A stretch of DNA of 64,000 nucleotides, from positions 2,784,001 to 2,848,000 of the forward strand of contig OZ220696.1 in assembly GCA_965116495.1 (NCBI GenBank). The letters run 5' to 3'. Position numbers and translations under genes: made by a program. Each line of letters starts with the position of its first letter. Positions within the stretch are counted from its first letter, which is position 1. Shown piece after piece: positions 31,363 to 41,600 of the stretch. This stretch comes from Gammaproteobacteria bacterium. GTDB lineage: Bacteria; Pseudomonadota; Gammaproteobacteria; Eutrophobiales; Eutrophobiaceae. The notes beneath the pieces are model-generated. The model saw only the letters and a program-made list of their open reading frames with translations, did not search any database and was not told the origin of the DNA.

Positions 31363-33185
31363 GTGGTCAGTAGCCTGGCCAGGTGCTGCAGGAACTGTTC
31401 CGGCTTGACGTAACCTATCAACCGGTACTCCTGCAACTCCTGCCTGTCGGTGTTGAAAAACAGGATAGCCGGCGGTCCGAACAATTGAAAGCGTTCAAGC
31501 AGTTGTTGATCTTCCAGGTCGTTCCTCGTCACGTCTGCCTGCAGCAGGATGACGTCCGACAAGACCCGTTTTACCTCCGCTTCGGTAAACGTGCCGTGTT
31601 CCATTTCGATACAGGTAACGCACCAGTCCGCATAAAAATCAAGCATTACGTGTTTACCTGCCGCGGCCGCGGCAACCAGTTCCGCATCCAGTTCTGCAGC
31701 ACTCTTTATACGCTGGAATTCCAGGCTGCTGGTAACAGCGGGCTTTCCGGCCAGGTGAGCCAGGGGCCGTAACATATCATTTGAACCCGACAGCGCGCCG
31801 ATAATCAAGGCGCCGGCATAGATCAGGCCGGCAATACCGACGGCTTTGAATGCCTTGCCAATACCCGCCGTGCGATCCAGCGCGCCCATGAGCAGCGCAC
31901 TTATTATGACCAGCAGGGCCCACAATAACATGGAAGCGGCGACCGGAATAACACGCTCCATGAACCAGATTGCCACGCCCAGCATAATGATGCCGAAGCC
32001 TTGCTTGACCTTTTCCATCCAGGGTCCCACCCGTGGCAACAAAGATCCTGCAGAGGCGCCGATGAACAGTAACGGCACGCCAAAACCCAGGCCCATCGAG
32101 AACAATGCCGCACCGCCCAGTAACGCATCTCCGGTCTGGCTGATATACAGCAAGGCGCCGGCCAGGGGCGGTGCGACGCAGGGGCCGACGATGATGGCAG
32201 ACACCGCGCCCATGAGCGCGCTGGAATACAGGCCGGATACCTGGCCGGGCTGTGACAGGGAGGACAGCCGCGTCTGTATGGCTGCCGGCATGCGTAATTC
32301 ATAAAACCCGAACATGGACAGGGCCAGGATGACGAAAACCAGGCTGAACGCACTGATTGTCCAGACATTCTGGGAAGCAGCCTGGAGGTTCAGCTGGAAA
32401 GAACCGGCCAGCACCCCGAGCAAGGCATAGGTCAGCGCCATGGCGAGCACGTACGCAAGGGATAACACAAATCCGCGCCGGCCGGTCACGGTGCCGGACT
32501 GTCCCACGATAATGCCGGACAGGATCGGGATCATCGGAAATACACAGGGGGTGAGCGACAGTAATACACCGAAGGCAAAAAACGCGAGCACATTCAGGAT
32601 GAAGCTGCCCTGTTTCAACCGCGCGGTGATCCTGTCCTGGACGGAAAGCTGCGCCAGGCTTACCGGCTGTACGGTGGCGGAGGGGGTTTGGCCCAGGTCG
32701 ACGGTGATCTCCTTTTGTTGCGGCGGGTAGCAGACCGATCCGTCCTTGCAACCCTGGTAGCCCACCCGGAACAGGGCATCCCGGAGCCCCGCCCTGCCGG
32801 GGGCAAGCGCCACTTCAACAGCGACCAGTCCGGTGTTTACTTCAACCTCGCCAAAGGACTCATCCTGCTTGACCTTGCCGCGCGGTATCCGGATTGCTGT
32901 CTCATCAATCCCCACCTCATCCGCCAGGGAGGCAAACGAAAACTTGCCCCGGTAGAGATAATATCCCTCCGCCACTACCCAGCTGAATTGCACGGTATCC
33001 GGGCCGACCGCCTCTGCAGTCAGCCGGAAAGCCTGGTCGGGATCCAGGATCCCATACCGGTTGAGGCTGCCCTCATCGGGGTTGACCAGGTTTTTCAGGC
33101 GCTCACCGATGGATTGTGCGGATACGGCCAGGGCTACCAGGCACAGCAGCAACGTGATTATCCGTCGTGGCTCAGGCATCTTCAT
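31359..33185 (-). CDS. dsbD: protein-disulfide reductase DsbD
   Basis: YQGCKDGSVCYPP, LTPCVFPMIPI, GPCVAPPL and DFYADWCVTC. Start at ATG 33185 or 33179. Confidence 0.93.
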   Translation of the reverse strand: MKMPEPRRIITLLLCLVALAVSAQSIGERLKNLVNPDEGSLNRYGILDPDQAFRLTAEAVGPDTVQFSWVVAEGYYLYRGKFSFASLADEVGIDETAIRIPRGKVKQDESFGEVEVNTGLVAVEVALAPGRAGLRDALFRVGYQGCKDGSVCYPPQQKEITVDLGQTPSATVQPVSLAQLSVQDRITARLKQGSFILNVLAFFAFGVLLSLTPCVFPMIPILSGIIVGQSGTVTGRRGFVLSLAYVLAMALTYALLGVLAGSFQLNLQAASQNVWTISAFSLVFVILALSMFGFYELRMPAAIQTRLSSLSQPGQVSGLYSSALMGAVSAIIVGPCVAPPLAGALLYISQTGDALLGGAALFSMGLGFGVPLLFIGASAGSLLPRVGPWMEKVKQGFGIIMLGVAIWFMERVIPVAASMLLWALLVIISALLMGALDRTAGIGKAFKAVGIAGLIYAGALIIGALSGSNDMLRPLAHLAGKPAVTSSLEFQRIKSAAELDAELVAAAAAGKHVMLDFYADWCVTCIEMEHGTFTEAEVKRVLSDVILLQADVTRNDLEDQQLLERFQLFGPPAILFFNTDRQELQEYRLIGYVKPEQFLQHLARLLTT

Positions 33186-33540
33186 CTGTATGTTCGTCAA
33201 TCCAGGACAAATATTCAGGCAAACCCCTGTTAACAGGGACTCCGATAATTTCCGGAAGTTCATAAGGATGTAATTCCCTGATACGCCGTTCCAGCGCCGG
33301 GTAGCTTGCCGATGACGCCTTGATCAGCAGCAGGTATTCATCCGCGCAATCCACCTTGCCGGCCCAGTGGAAATAGGATTGCAATCCGGGCAGCACCTGT
33401 ACGCAGGCAGCCAGCCTGCCCTCTACCAGGTCAGCCGCGATGCGGCCAGCCGTCTCGGAGTCCGGACAGGTATTCAAGACCACCAGGTATTCGGGTAACT
33501 TTGCGATGACTGTCTTTCCCGGATTAATGCGCACGCCCAA
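33172..33540 (-). CDS. cutA: divalent-cation tolerance protein CutA
   Basis: LVEGRLAACV, SYFHWAG and LHPYELPEII. The start codon is uncertain. Confidence 0.88.
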   Translation of the reverse strand: MGVRINPGKTVIAKLPEYLVVLNTCPDSETAGRIAADLVEGRLAACVQVLPGLQSYFHWAGKVDCADEYLLLIKASSASYPALERRIRELHPYELPEIIGVPVNRGLPEYLSWIDEHTDEDA

Positions 33541-33624
33541 ACATGCAGCTGAAAAAGGTATATAATAACCTACGCCGGGCGGAACCTGCTTGAAAATTCA
33601 CAATCCGCCGATAGATTGATAATC

Positions 33625-34053
33625 ATGTTCAAGATCCTTTTCCTGCTGTTTCTTACCGTCCCCCTCGTTGAAATCTATTTTCTCATCCAGGTAGGACAGC
33701 ACATCGGTGCGTTGTCGACGGTATTATTATGTATCCTCACCGCAGCCCTCGGCGCCATACTGTTGCGCATACAGGGCCTGCTGACACTGCTGCGGGCACG
33801 CGAGAAACTGCAGCGCGGAGAAATTCCGGCCGATAATCTGCTGGAGGGACTGATCCTGCTTATCGCCGGCGTCCTGTTACTGACCCCGGGTTTTGTTACC
33901 GACGTGATCGGTTTCCTTTGCCTGGTCCCGTCCCTGCGCTCACTGCTGGCCCTGAAAATGCTGCACCAGGCATTTGATGCAGACATTCGGAAAAAAAACA
34001 TAATCGTCGAAGGGGAATTCTGGGAAGAAGATAACAACCGGCGACTGCATTAA
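33625..34053 (+). CDS. fxsA: FxsA family membrane protein
   Basis: VPLVEIY, GVLLLTPGFVTDVIG and IVEGEF, divergent from cutA. Confidence 0.9.
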   Translation: MFKILFLLFLTVPLVEIYFLIQVGQHIGALSTVLLCILTAALGAILLRIQGLLTLLRAREKLQRGEIPADNLLEGLILLIAGVLLLTPGFVTDVIGFLCLVPSLRSLLALKMLHQAFDADIRKKNIIVEGEFWEEDNNRRLH

Positions 34054-34065
34054 CCCGCCAGGGCC

Positions 34066-34092
34066 GTCATTCCCGCGCACGCGGGAATCCAG
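34066..34092 (+). repeat. family A REP-like palindrome
   Basis: GTCATTCCCGCGCACGCGGGAATCCAG has one mismatch to 3652-3678. Confidence 0.85.
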
Positions 34093-34120
34093 ACCGATTT
34101 CGTGAGAACCTGTCAGGGCA

Positions 34121-34813
34121 ATGGATAAACGACAAAACACCATCGATTACCTGTCCGGTTTCATCAACGAAGAACGCAGAGAACGGCTGAAAGAAATCCT
34201 GCGGCTTAGAACCCGTCATATCACGGTGGTACTGGAAGACATCTACCAGTCACAAAACGCCAGTGCGGTCCTGCGTACCTGTGAATGTCTCGGCATACAG
34301 GAGCTCCACGTCATCGAAAACCACCATGAGTACCGTCTCAACCCTGCCGTGGTGCAAGGGGCGTCAAAATGGATCGACCTCGTAAAACATAACCAGCCGG
34401 ACCGCGACAATACCCGCGCCTGTATCGAAACACTCAAACAGCGGGGTTACCGCATCATCGCCATGGCGCCGGCGCCCGCCGGCAAGACCGTGGAACAACT
34501 GGATATCAGGGACAAACTCGCCCTCTGTTTTGGTTCGGAAGAACCGGGACTTTCAGAAACCCTGCAAGACCTGGCCGACGACACCGTAAGAATCCCGATC
34601 AACGGTTTCACCCGAAGCTACAACCTGTCGGTCAGTGCAGGGATCAGCCTCTACACCCTGGACAGAACCCTGAGAAACTCAGGCGTCGGCTGGCAGCTTG
34701 ATGAGCGCGACGCCACCGGCCTCTATATCAAATGGTTGACGCACTCAACGCCTACCGGTGAACAGTTACTGGAGGATTACCGGAAGAAACTGGACATTTT
34801 ACCCCCAAAATGA
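34121..34813 (+). CDS. TrmH/SpoU-family RNA methyltransferase
   Basis: VVLEDIYQSQNASAVLRTCE, FGSEEPGLS and IPINGFTRSYNLSVS. Confidence 0.88.
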   Translation: MDKRQNTIDYLSGFINEERRERLKEILRLRTRHITVVLEDIYQSQNASAVLRTCECLGIQELHVIENHHEYRLNPAVVQGASKWIDLVKHNQPDRDNTRACIETLKQRGYRIIAMAPAPAGKTVEQLDIRDKLALCFGSEEPGLSETLQDLADDTVRIPINGFTRSYNLSVSAGISLYTLDRTLRNSGVGWQLDERDATGLYIKWLTHSTPTGEQLLEDYRKKLDILPPK

Positions 34814-34905
34814 CCCTTTTAAGCTCACTTATGGCCTTATTTTAGTATTTATTTATAATGTAATCAATGGGTTATATGATATTATGCTGGTCCAACCCCC
34901 CCCCA

Positions 34906-36378
34906 TCAGAAAAATACCTGGGTGCGGAATGACAGGTATTCGGGATCGCCGTCGCCGCGTCCCCAGTCACAGGTGTCGGCAGCGCCGCTGTTACAGAGCG
35001 TCTTGACGTAATTCAGCTTGAACATCATATTATTGTTGACGTACCAGTTCAGCGCGGCGCTGAGCACGTCGCCGGAATCTGCGCCGATGCCGGTGCCGAG
35101 GTCGGTGGAACTGTAGCGCAACCCGACTTCCCAGGCACCCCAGCCGCCGCCACCCAGCGGGTCCTTGACCTTGACGCTGCTGAACGCGCCGTTCTTATAG
35201 CGGCGATTCTCCCCGGTGAGAAAATAACTGCCCTGGACGTAAAATCCTTCCATGTCGGTATCCCCTGTAGCGCCGGTACCGTCAAAATCACCGTAGTAGT
35301 ATTCCGCGCTGGCCGCAAACGGGCCCCAGATGCTCGCTGCTTCCAGGTTCAGACCCCAGAAATTATCGGCCGTGATCGATCCATCGGAATCCACGATCCT
35401 GTCCCCTTCTGACACACCCGGCCGTACCCGGAACCGGTTTACCCGCTTGTCAGGATAATGTTTATAGCCGAACGCAGCGCCGGCATGAACCAGTTTTTTG
35501 CCGGAGCGGTTCACCGGTAACCAGGTTGCCCGCCCGGTCACTCCCCAGCCGTCGTCGATCTTGCGTTCGCTGATGGAGTCCGTGCCCAGCTCCACCTCCA
35601 CGGTATCCCCGGCGCTGTCGGTAAATTCACCGTCGTCGCTGGCATCACCGCGCTGCCGCATCAGGTAGAAGCCGCCGGCAAGGGTATGGTTCTTTCCGGC
35701 GTTCTCCAGGGTAATACCCGGTGTTCTTCCACCTATGCCGATAGACTCCGATGTAAACAGGTCGGTGGGCGCTGAGCGCTCGATGAACGTGATGTACTTG
35801 GAACTGGTCAGCGTGCTGAGGGAGAACGGCGCCTTGCGCTGGCCGACGGTGATGGAGGCCGGGTCCCAGCCCCGGTACTTAATGAAGGCGTCTTCTATAG
35901 ACGTGCTGCTGTCATCGGCGTCCTCCAGGTCGAACTGGAATTTCCAGTCCCAGTGCTCCCAGGCAGTGCCGGATAGGTAGATACGCGCCCGGCGGAACTG
36001 CTGCTCACTGCTGCCTACGCGGCCGCCGCCGTCGTTGCCGACCAGAGTGAGGTCATGCTGGGCGCGCCCGCCGATGCGGAATTTATGCTCATCCGTCTTG
36101 AATTCCAGTTTTCCCGCTGTGGTAATTTTGGGTGATGGTTTGGCGGCTGCAACCACTTCAGGAGCAGGCTCGGCGGCCGCCTGCGCGGTAGTTTCACCCT
36201 CGGCCGCGGCAGTGTTCTTGAGTAACTCGTATTCCTGCTGGCTGATACCCCCTTTGTCCCTGAGGATTTTCAGCAGTTCCAGTAACGCGCCGTTGGTCGC
36301 ATGGACCGGTAAGGTCAACATGGACAGTACGCCTGTCAGAAGCGCGACATATAGAAACCTGAAAGTCGTTTTATACAT
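34906..36378 (-). CDS. OprO/OprP-family phosphate-selective porin
   Basis: Signal peptide, FRRARIYLSG, GQRKAPFSL..LTSSKYITFIERS, YFLTGE, GAWEVGLRYS, LNWYVN and a terminal Phe. Confidence 0.88.
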   Translation of the reverse strand: MYKTTFRFLYVALLTGVLSMLTLPVHATNGALLELLKILRDKGGISQQEYELLKNTAAAEGETTAQAAAEPAPEVVAAAKPSPKITTAGKLEFKTDEHKFRIGGRAQHDLTLVGNDGGGRVGSSEQQFRRARIYLSGTAWEHWDWKFQFDLEDADDSSTSIEDAFIKYRGWDPASITVGQRKAPFSLSTLTSSKYITFIERSAPTDLFTSESIGIGGRTPGITLENAGKNHTLAGGFYLMRQRGDASDDGEFTDSAGDTVEVELGTDSISERKIDDGWGVTGRATWLPVNRSGKKLVHAGAAFGYKHYPDKRVNRFRVRPGVSEGDRIVDSDGSITADNFWGLNLEAASIWGPFAASAEYYYGDFDGTGATGDTDMEGFYVQGSYFLTGENRRYKNGAFSSVKVKDPLGGGGWGAWEVGLRYSSTDLGTGIGADSGDVLSAALNWYVNNNMMFKLNYVKTLCNSGAADTCDWGRGDGDPEYLSFRTQVFF

Positions 36379-36474
36379 ATTTGTTCTCCTTAGAATCATA
36401 AGAATTTATACCTGGCAGCCAGAACCGCTGCTGAGAAAAAGGATGCGAGAAATAAATTACATTATTAATTTTGC

Positions 36475-36492
36475 GTGATCATTCTGTTACAA
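36475..36492 (-). promoter_or_regulatory. putative Pho box upstream of the porin
   Basis: TTGTAAC-AGAA-TGATCAC on the minus strand, with TAATGT 10 bp downstream. Confidence 0.55.
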
Positions 36493-36532
36493 CCCGCAAA
36501 GACAGTGGTTCACGACAATACACCGGGCAGCT

Positions 36533-37357
36533 TCAGAACCCCCGGTGTTCCTTGATACATTCATAGGCCTGGCGGATTTCGTGGGTTCGCTGGGTGGCAA
36601 TTTTCATCATTTCTTCCGGCAATCCTTTCGCGACAAGCTTGTCCGGGTGGTGCTGGCTGATCAAGCGGCGGTAGGCTTTTTTCACTTCGGCATCACCGGC
36701 ACTATCCGGGATGTCCAATACCGAATAGGCGTCAGCCAGGGATATGCGGCCATCACTCTGCCGGCGATGGTGCAACTCGGCGCTGACCGACGCCAGGATG
36801 GATTCCAGCTCATATCCGGAAAAGCCGATTTCATCACATACCAGGCGCAGCACCTGGTTTTCCGCGGGGTGCAGGGCTCCGTCGGCATAGGCGGCATAAC
36901 AGAGTATTTCCACGAACATCCGTTGCAGGGTGGTGCGCCGCCCGATTTCCCGTCGAAACTGGGAGAGAACCGCATAAATGTCGAAATCCTCTTCCTTGCC
37001 TTCATTGAACAATGCCTTGGCCGCGTCCCGTTGTTGAGCCGAAAGCACCATGTCCTGCATGACCCGTGAGGCCATGCGGATTTCATCTTTGGTGACCTTG
37101 CCGTCCGCCTTGCTGATGTGGCCCATCACGGAGAAAACCGCGGTAAAAAAAGCAGCCTGGATGCGGAACTGGTGCCCGCGCGGGAGATCGCCCGGCCGGC
37201 CGCCGCCCCGGGTCCTGCGTCCCGTACCCGGCTGTTCGAAGTTGCCGCTTACGCCCCTGTCAAAATTACGGCCAACCGCCGCGCCCAGCACCGCGCCGAG
37301 CGGCCCGCCCAGCATGAAGCCGAATGCCCCGCCCGCCAGCGTTCCCCACCATGACAT
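36533..37357 (-). CDS. djlA: co-chaperone DjlA
   Basis: Gly-rich N-terminal anchor, TerB-like SKADGKV and a J-domain with HHPDKL. Confidence 0.92.
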   Translation of the reverse strand: MSWWGTLAGGAFGFMLGGPLGAVLGAAVGRNFDRGVSGNFEQPGTGRRTRGGGRPGDLPRGHQFRIQAAFFTAVFSVMGHISKADGKVTKDEIRMASRVMQDMVLSAQQRDAAKALFNEGKEEDFDIYAVLSQFRREIGRRTTLQRMFVEILCYAAYADGALHPAENQVLRLVCDEIGFSGYELESILASVSAELHHRRQSDGRISLADAYSVLDIPDSAGDAEVKKAYRRLISQHHPDKLVAKGLPEEMMKIATQRTHEIRQAYECIKEHRGF

Positions 37358-37432
37358 TATCTGGCTACCTTTTTCATATTCATTTAATATTCAACCAATA
37401 TTATCTTAATCTTCTTGACTGTGATGATTGGA

Positions 37433-37942
37433 TTACAACTGCCTGGGCCTCACCAGGTGCAGCAACTCGCCCGCTGCCGCTGTGCTCATGGTACCGGTAT
37501 CGGAAAATCCGAGTACTGCTACAGCAGCAGTAGTCATCAGTTTCCCCGTATCCGTCAGGGGCGGTTTTGTGCTGCTTAAAAAATACAATAATTCATCCAT
37601 CCCCGGGTTATGGCCGGTAATCATGAAATTCCCGCTGCTTTGGCTGTATTGATCTACCAGGCCAAGCAACGCGTCAAGTGACGCACCATAGATGCCGCTC
37701 TCATATACAATGCGCTCGACACCCAGTTCGCTGTTGGCCGCTGCCAATGTCTCACGGGCGCGCAAAGCCGGCGAACACAGGATAAGATCCGGGGTTATGC
37801 CGTTTGTTTTCATCCATTTCCCCATTCCGGGGGCATCTTTACGGCCCCGTTGCGCCAGGGGACGGTCAAAATCGCCCGGCGCTTCACTGTTCCAGTCGGA
37901 CTTGGCGTGCCGGAGCAGGATCAATCGGGCGTTATTCCGCAT
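37433..37942 (-). CDS. sixA: SixA-type histidine phosphatase
   Basis: LLRHAKSDW, DFDRPL, CSPALRARET and GHNPG. Confidence 0.85.
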   Translation of the reverse strand: MRNNARLILLRHAKSDWNSEAPGDFDRPLAQRGRKDAPGMGKWMKTNGITPDLILCSPALRARETLAAANSELGVERIVYESGIYGASLDALLGLVDQYSQSSGNFMITGHNPGMDELLYFLSSTKPPLTDTGKLMTTAAVAVLGFSDTGTMSTAAAGELLHLVRPRQL

Positions 37943-37987
37943 CAACAAATATCAGAAAAAGAGACAAGATTGCCGGGATTGTACAAC

Positions 37988-39481
37988 ATGAGTTCCCCGA
38001 TGAGTGAAACTTTTGCCGCCGTTGACCTGGGCTCCAACAGCTTTCACATGGTCGTCGCCAGATTCGAGGACGGTCAGGTACGAATTATCGACCGGCTCAA
38101 GGATATGGTACGCATAGCGTCAGGATTGGACAGCAACAACAACCTGACCGAAGCGGCGATGGATAGAGCGCTGGAGTCCCTGCGCCAGTTCGGCCAGCGT
38201 ATCCGCGAAGTACCCAGGACCAACGTAAAAGCGGTAGGCACCAATACTCTGCGTCTGGCCCATAACGGTAAGGAATTCATCCGGCGCGCGCGCATGGCGC
38301 TGGGTCACAACATCGACATCATATCCGGCCAGGAAGAGGCCAGACTGGTATTTATCGGGGTGGCTCACAGCTTCTATAACCACCATGGCTCCACCCTGGT
38401 GATTGATATAGGCGGTGGCAGCACTGAACTCATTATCGGTAAAGGGTTTCAACCCAAGGTGGCCGAGAGCCTGTATATGGGCTGTGTCAACGTCAGCCTG
38501 CGCTATTTCCCGGACGGGAAGATTACCAGTCGCCGTATGCGGGATGCCGTATTATTTGCCCGTACGGAACTCGAAACCATCGAAGCCGGGTACCGCCGTT
38601 TTGGCTGGGATACTGCGCTGGGCTCATCGGGGACGATACGGGCCATCGCCGATATAGCCGTAGCACAGGGCTGGAGCGAGGGTGGCATTACACGGGACGC
38701 CGTTGAAATTCTGCGCACGCGGTTGCTTGCCGCAGGCCACCATGACAGGCTGTACCTGGAAGGCTTGACGGAACGCAGGAAGCCGGTTTTTGCCGGCGGA
38801 CTTGCCATCCTGAGCGCAGTCATTGAAGCGCTCGACCTGGACCATATCCAGGTATCAGAAGGCGCCCTGCGGGAAGGGATCCTGTACGAACTCATCGGCA
38901 GGTCCCAGAATCAGGATATACGCAATACGACCGTAGTGGATATAGCGGTGCGTTACGGTGTGGACCGGGAACAGGCGGACAAGGTGGCCAAAACCGCAGA
39001 AACCCTGTTTGACCAGGTCCGTGCGCACTGGGACTTCGACATCACTGACCGGGATACGCTGCTCTGGTCGGCGCAACTGCATGAGATCGGCCTGGCCATC
39101 GCCCACGCACAATACCACCGCCACGGCGCTTACCTGCTGTCCAATTCCGACATGCCGGGCTTCTCGCGCCAGGAACAGCAAAACCTGTCCCTGCTGGCAC
39201 GCGCCCACAGGAGGAAATTTCCCGTCCTGGAATTCGACCAGGCTGCCCTGGACAACCGGGACAAATTACAGCGTCTCGCCATCCTGCTTCGGTTGTCCTG
39301 CGTTCTCAACAGGAGTCGCTCCTACACCGCACCACCGGACATCAAGGCGAGCGCAGACAGCAACAGTCTGTCACTCAAATTCCCCAGGGGCTGGCTGGAT
39401 AACCACGCCCTGACCCGGGCCGACCTGGAAACCGAGGCGGGATACCTGGAAGTCGTCGAGTTTGCGTTGAAGTCTGGTTGA
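37988..39481 (+). CDS. ppx: exopolyphosphatase (Ppx/GppA family)
   Basis: AAVDLGSNSFH, ISGQEEAR, IDIGGGSTE, GALREG and LHEIG. It is convergent with ppk1. Confidence 0.93.
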   Translation: MSSPMSETFAAVDLGSNSFHMVVARFEDGQVRIIDRLKDMVRIASGLDSNNNLTEAAMDRALESLRQFGQRIREVPRTNVKAVGTNTLRLAHNGKEFIRRARMALGHNIDIISGQEEARLVFIGVAHSFYNHHGSTLVIDIGGGSTELIIGKGFQPKVAESLYMGCVNVSLRYFPDGKITSRRMRDAVLFARTELETIEAGYRRFGWDTALGSSGTIRAIADIAVAQGWSEGGITRDAVEILRTRLLAAGHHDRLYLEGLTERRKPVFAGGLAILSAVIEALDLDHIQVSEGALREGILYELIGRSQNQDIRNTTVVDIAVRYGVDREQADKVAKTAETLFDQVRAHWDFDITDRDTLLWSAQLHEIGLAIAHAQYHRHGAYLLSNSDMPGFSRQEQQNLSLLARAHRRKFPVLEFDQAALDNRDKLQRLAILLRLSCVLNRSRSYTAPPDIKASADSNSLSLKFPRGWLDNHALTRADLETEAGYLEVVEFALKSG

Positions 39482-39487
39482 ATCCGG

Positions 39488-41557
39488 TCAGCGGCAGTAA
39501 TTATCAAGCAGTTGCTGCTGGGTGTTCCTGGGTTTCTGGCTGCCCGGGCGGCTCTTTCTGTAGGTGCCGTCACTCTGCAGGATCCAGGCCTGGGTATTAT
39601 CGTTGAGGTAGTTCAACAAACCGAACTTGATGACCTGGTCTTTGGGTCGTTTCTCCTCGATGGGGAAACAGGCCTCCACCCTGTGGTGCAGGTTGCGCGG
39701 CATCCAGTCGGCCGAGGAGCAAAGCACCTGCTCATTTCCCCCATCCAGGAAATAAAATACCCGGGTATGTTCCAGGAACCGTCCTACGATGGAACGCACA
39801 TGGATGTTTTCTGACAGCCCTATGATCCCCGGCCGCAGGCAACAGATACCGCGGATGATCAGGTCGATACGTACACCGTCCATGGATGCCCTGTACAGGG
39901 CCCGGATTATTTCCGGGTCAACCAGGGCGTTCATCTTGGCGATAATATGTGCTTTCTTACCCGCCCTGGCATTGACGGCCTCCCGTTCAATATATGACAG
40001 CAGAGACTTATACAGGGTAAAAGGGGATTGCAGCAGTTTTTTCAGCTTTGACGCTCGCCCGAGACCGGTCAGCTGGAGAAACAGCATGTTGACGTCTTCC
40101 GCCACGGCCTTGTCACAGCTCAATAATCCGTAATCGGTGTACAGCCTGGCGGTACGGGCATGGTAATTACCCGTTCCCAGGTGTACGTAGCGGCGCAGGC
40201 TCCTGCCCTCCCGGCGCACCACCATTACCATCTTCGCATGGGTCTTGTAGCCCACCACGCCGTAGACGACGTGGGCGCCGGCCTCCTGCAGTTCATTGGC
40301 CAGTTCGATATTGGCTTCTTCATCGAACCGGGCCCGCAACTCGATCACCACCGTTACCTCTTTGCCGGAGCGGGCCGCGTCTTTCAGTGCATCGACCAGG
40401 GCTGAATCATCTCCGGTACGATACAGTGTCTGCTTGATCGATAAGACATTCGGGTCGCTGGCCGCCTGCCGTACAAAATCTATAACGGGGGCAAAGGATT
40501 GAAACGGGTGGTGCAACAGGATATCACCGTTCCTCAGGGCATCAAATATGCTGACATTCTTTTGCAGCCGCGGCGGCAGGTCCGGGGTAAATCCGGCAAA
40601 GGTCAGTTCCGGCTTATCCACCAGGTCGCAGATTGCCATCAGCCGACTCAGGTTGACCGGTCCGTTTACCTTGTACAGGTCATCATCATCCAGTTCAAAT
40701 TGTTGCAGCAAAAACGCGGAGATATCCTCGGGACAATTCTCCGCAACTTCCAGCCTGACCGCGTCATTGAATCGTCTCGACGGCAGTTCTCCTTCCAGCG
40801 CAATTAACAGATCATCCACTTCTTCATCGTCCACAAACAGTTCGCTGTTCCGGGTCACCTTGAACTGGTAACAGCCCGTGGACGTCATGCCGGGAAACAG
40901 GTAATCCACGTGGGCGTGGATGATGGACGACAGCAGCACGAAGTTCCATTTGCCATTGCTGATATCTTCCGGCAGGGGTACCACCCTGGGCAACGAGCGC
41001 GGCGCCTGGACGATGGACAGGCGGGTTTCCCGGCCGAATGCATCCTTGCCATCGAGCGTGACAATGAAATAGAGATTCTTGTTCAGCACCCGGGGGAACG
41101 GGTGGGCGGGATCCAGCCCGATGGGGCTGAGCACCGGCAGGACATTACTGTTGAAATAGCGCTTAATCCAGCGCGCGACCGCGGGTTTCCATTCACCGCG
41201 TCGCAACAGGCGAATCTTTGCGTTTTCCAGTTCCGGGGTAATCTTGTCGTTAAGGACGGAATACTGGGTATCCACCAGTTCGTGGGCGAGGATGCCAATC
41301 TGTTTCAGGGTTTCCACCGGGCTGAGGTTATCGGGCCCGGTCTGGACGGAACCGTATTTCACCTGCTGCTTGACGCCGGCAACGCGGATCTCAAAAAACT
41401 CATCCAGGTTGGTGCTGGCGATGCAGAGGAACTTCAATCGTTCCAGCAACGGCATGGATTCATCTTCGGCCTGGGCAATTACGCGCCGGTTGAATTCCAG
41501 CAGGCTTAATTCACGATTGATGTAAAATTCGGGGTTACTGAGACTTTGCGTATCCAC
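39488..41557 (-). CDS. ppk1: polyphosphate kinase 1
   Basis: NRELSLLEFN, NLDEFFEIRVA, IKQTLYR, KTHAK, HLGTGNYH, GRFLEH and SADWMPRN. Confidence 0.97.
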   Translation of the reverse strand: MDTQSLSNPEFYINRELSLLEFNRRVIAQAEDESMPLLERLKFLCIASTNLDEFFEIRVAGVKQQVKYGSVQTGPDNLSPVETLKQIGILAHELVDTQYSVLNDKITPELENAKIRLLRRGEWKPAVARWIKRYFNSNVLPVLSPIGLDPAHPFPRVLNKNLYFIVTLDGKDAFGRETRLSIVQAPRSLPRVVPLPEDISNGKWNFVLLSSIIHAHVDYLFPGMTSTGCYQFKVTRNSELFVDDEEVDDLLIALEGELPSRRFNDAVRLEVAENCPEDISAFLLQQFELDDDDLYKVNGPVNLSRLMAICDLVDKPELTFAGFTPDLPPRLQKNVSIFDALRNGDILLHHPFQSFAPVIDFVRQAASDPNVLSIKQTLYRTGDDSALVDALKDAARSGKEVTVVIELRARFDEEANIELANELQEAGAHVVYGVVGYKTHAKMVMVVRREGRSLRRYVHLGTGNYHARTARLYTDYGLLSCDKAVAEDVNMLFLQLTGLGRASKLKKLLQSPFTLYKSLLSYIEREAVNARAGKKAHIIAKMNALVDPEIIRALYRASMDGVRIDLIIRGICCLRPGIIGLSENIHVRSIVGRFLEHTRVFYFLDGGNEQVLCSSADWMPRNLHHRVEACFPIEEKRPKDQVIKFGLLNYLNDNTQAWILQSDGTYRKSRPGSQKPRNTQQQLLDNYCR

Positions 41558-41600
41558 ACATACTCGGGTTCGTTAAAGCTGGTGCCGGGCGCAACCGGGA

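Noticed and set aside
34814-34905. AT-rich spacer as an integration (att) site at the edge of the phosphate region
   Set aside because: No integrase, tRNA or matching direct repeat was found in the window.
37850-37987. Upstream-extended starts in the ORF track (ppx here; also rpiA, hemF, hisB, dsbD, phoB and the TonB receptor)
   Set aside because: The extensions overlap neighbouring genes or promoters and precede the conserved N-terminal motifs, so downstream ATGs were chosen.
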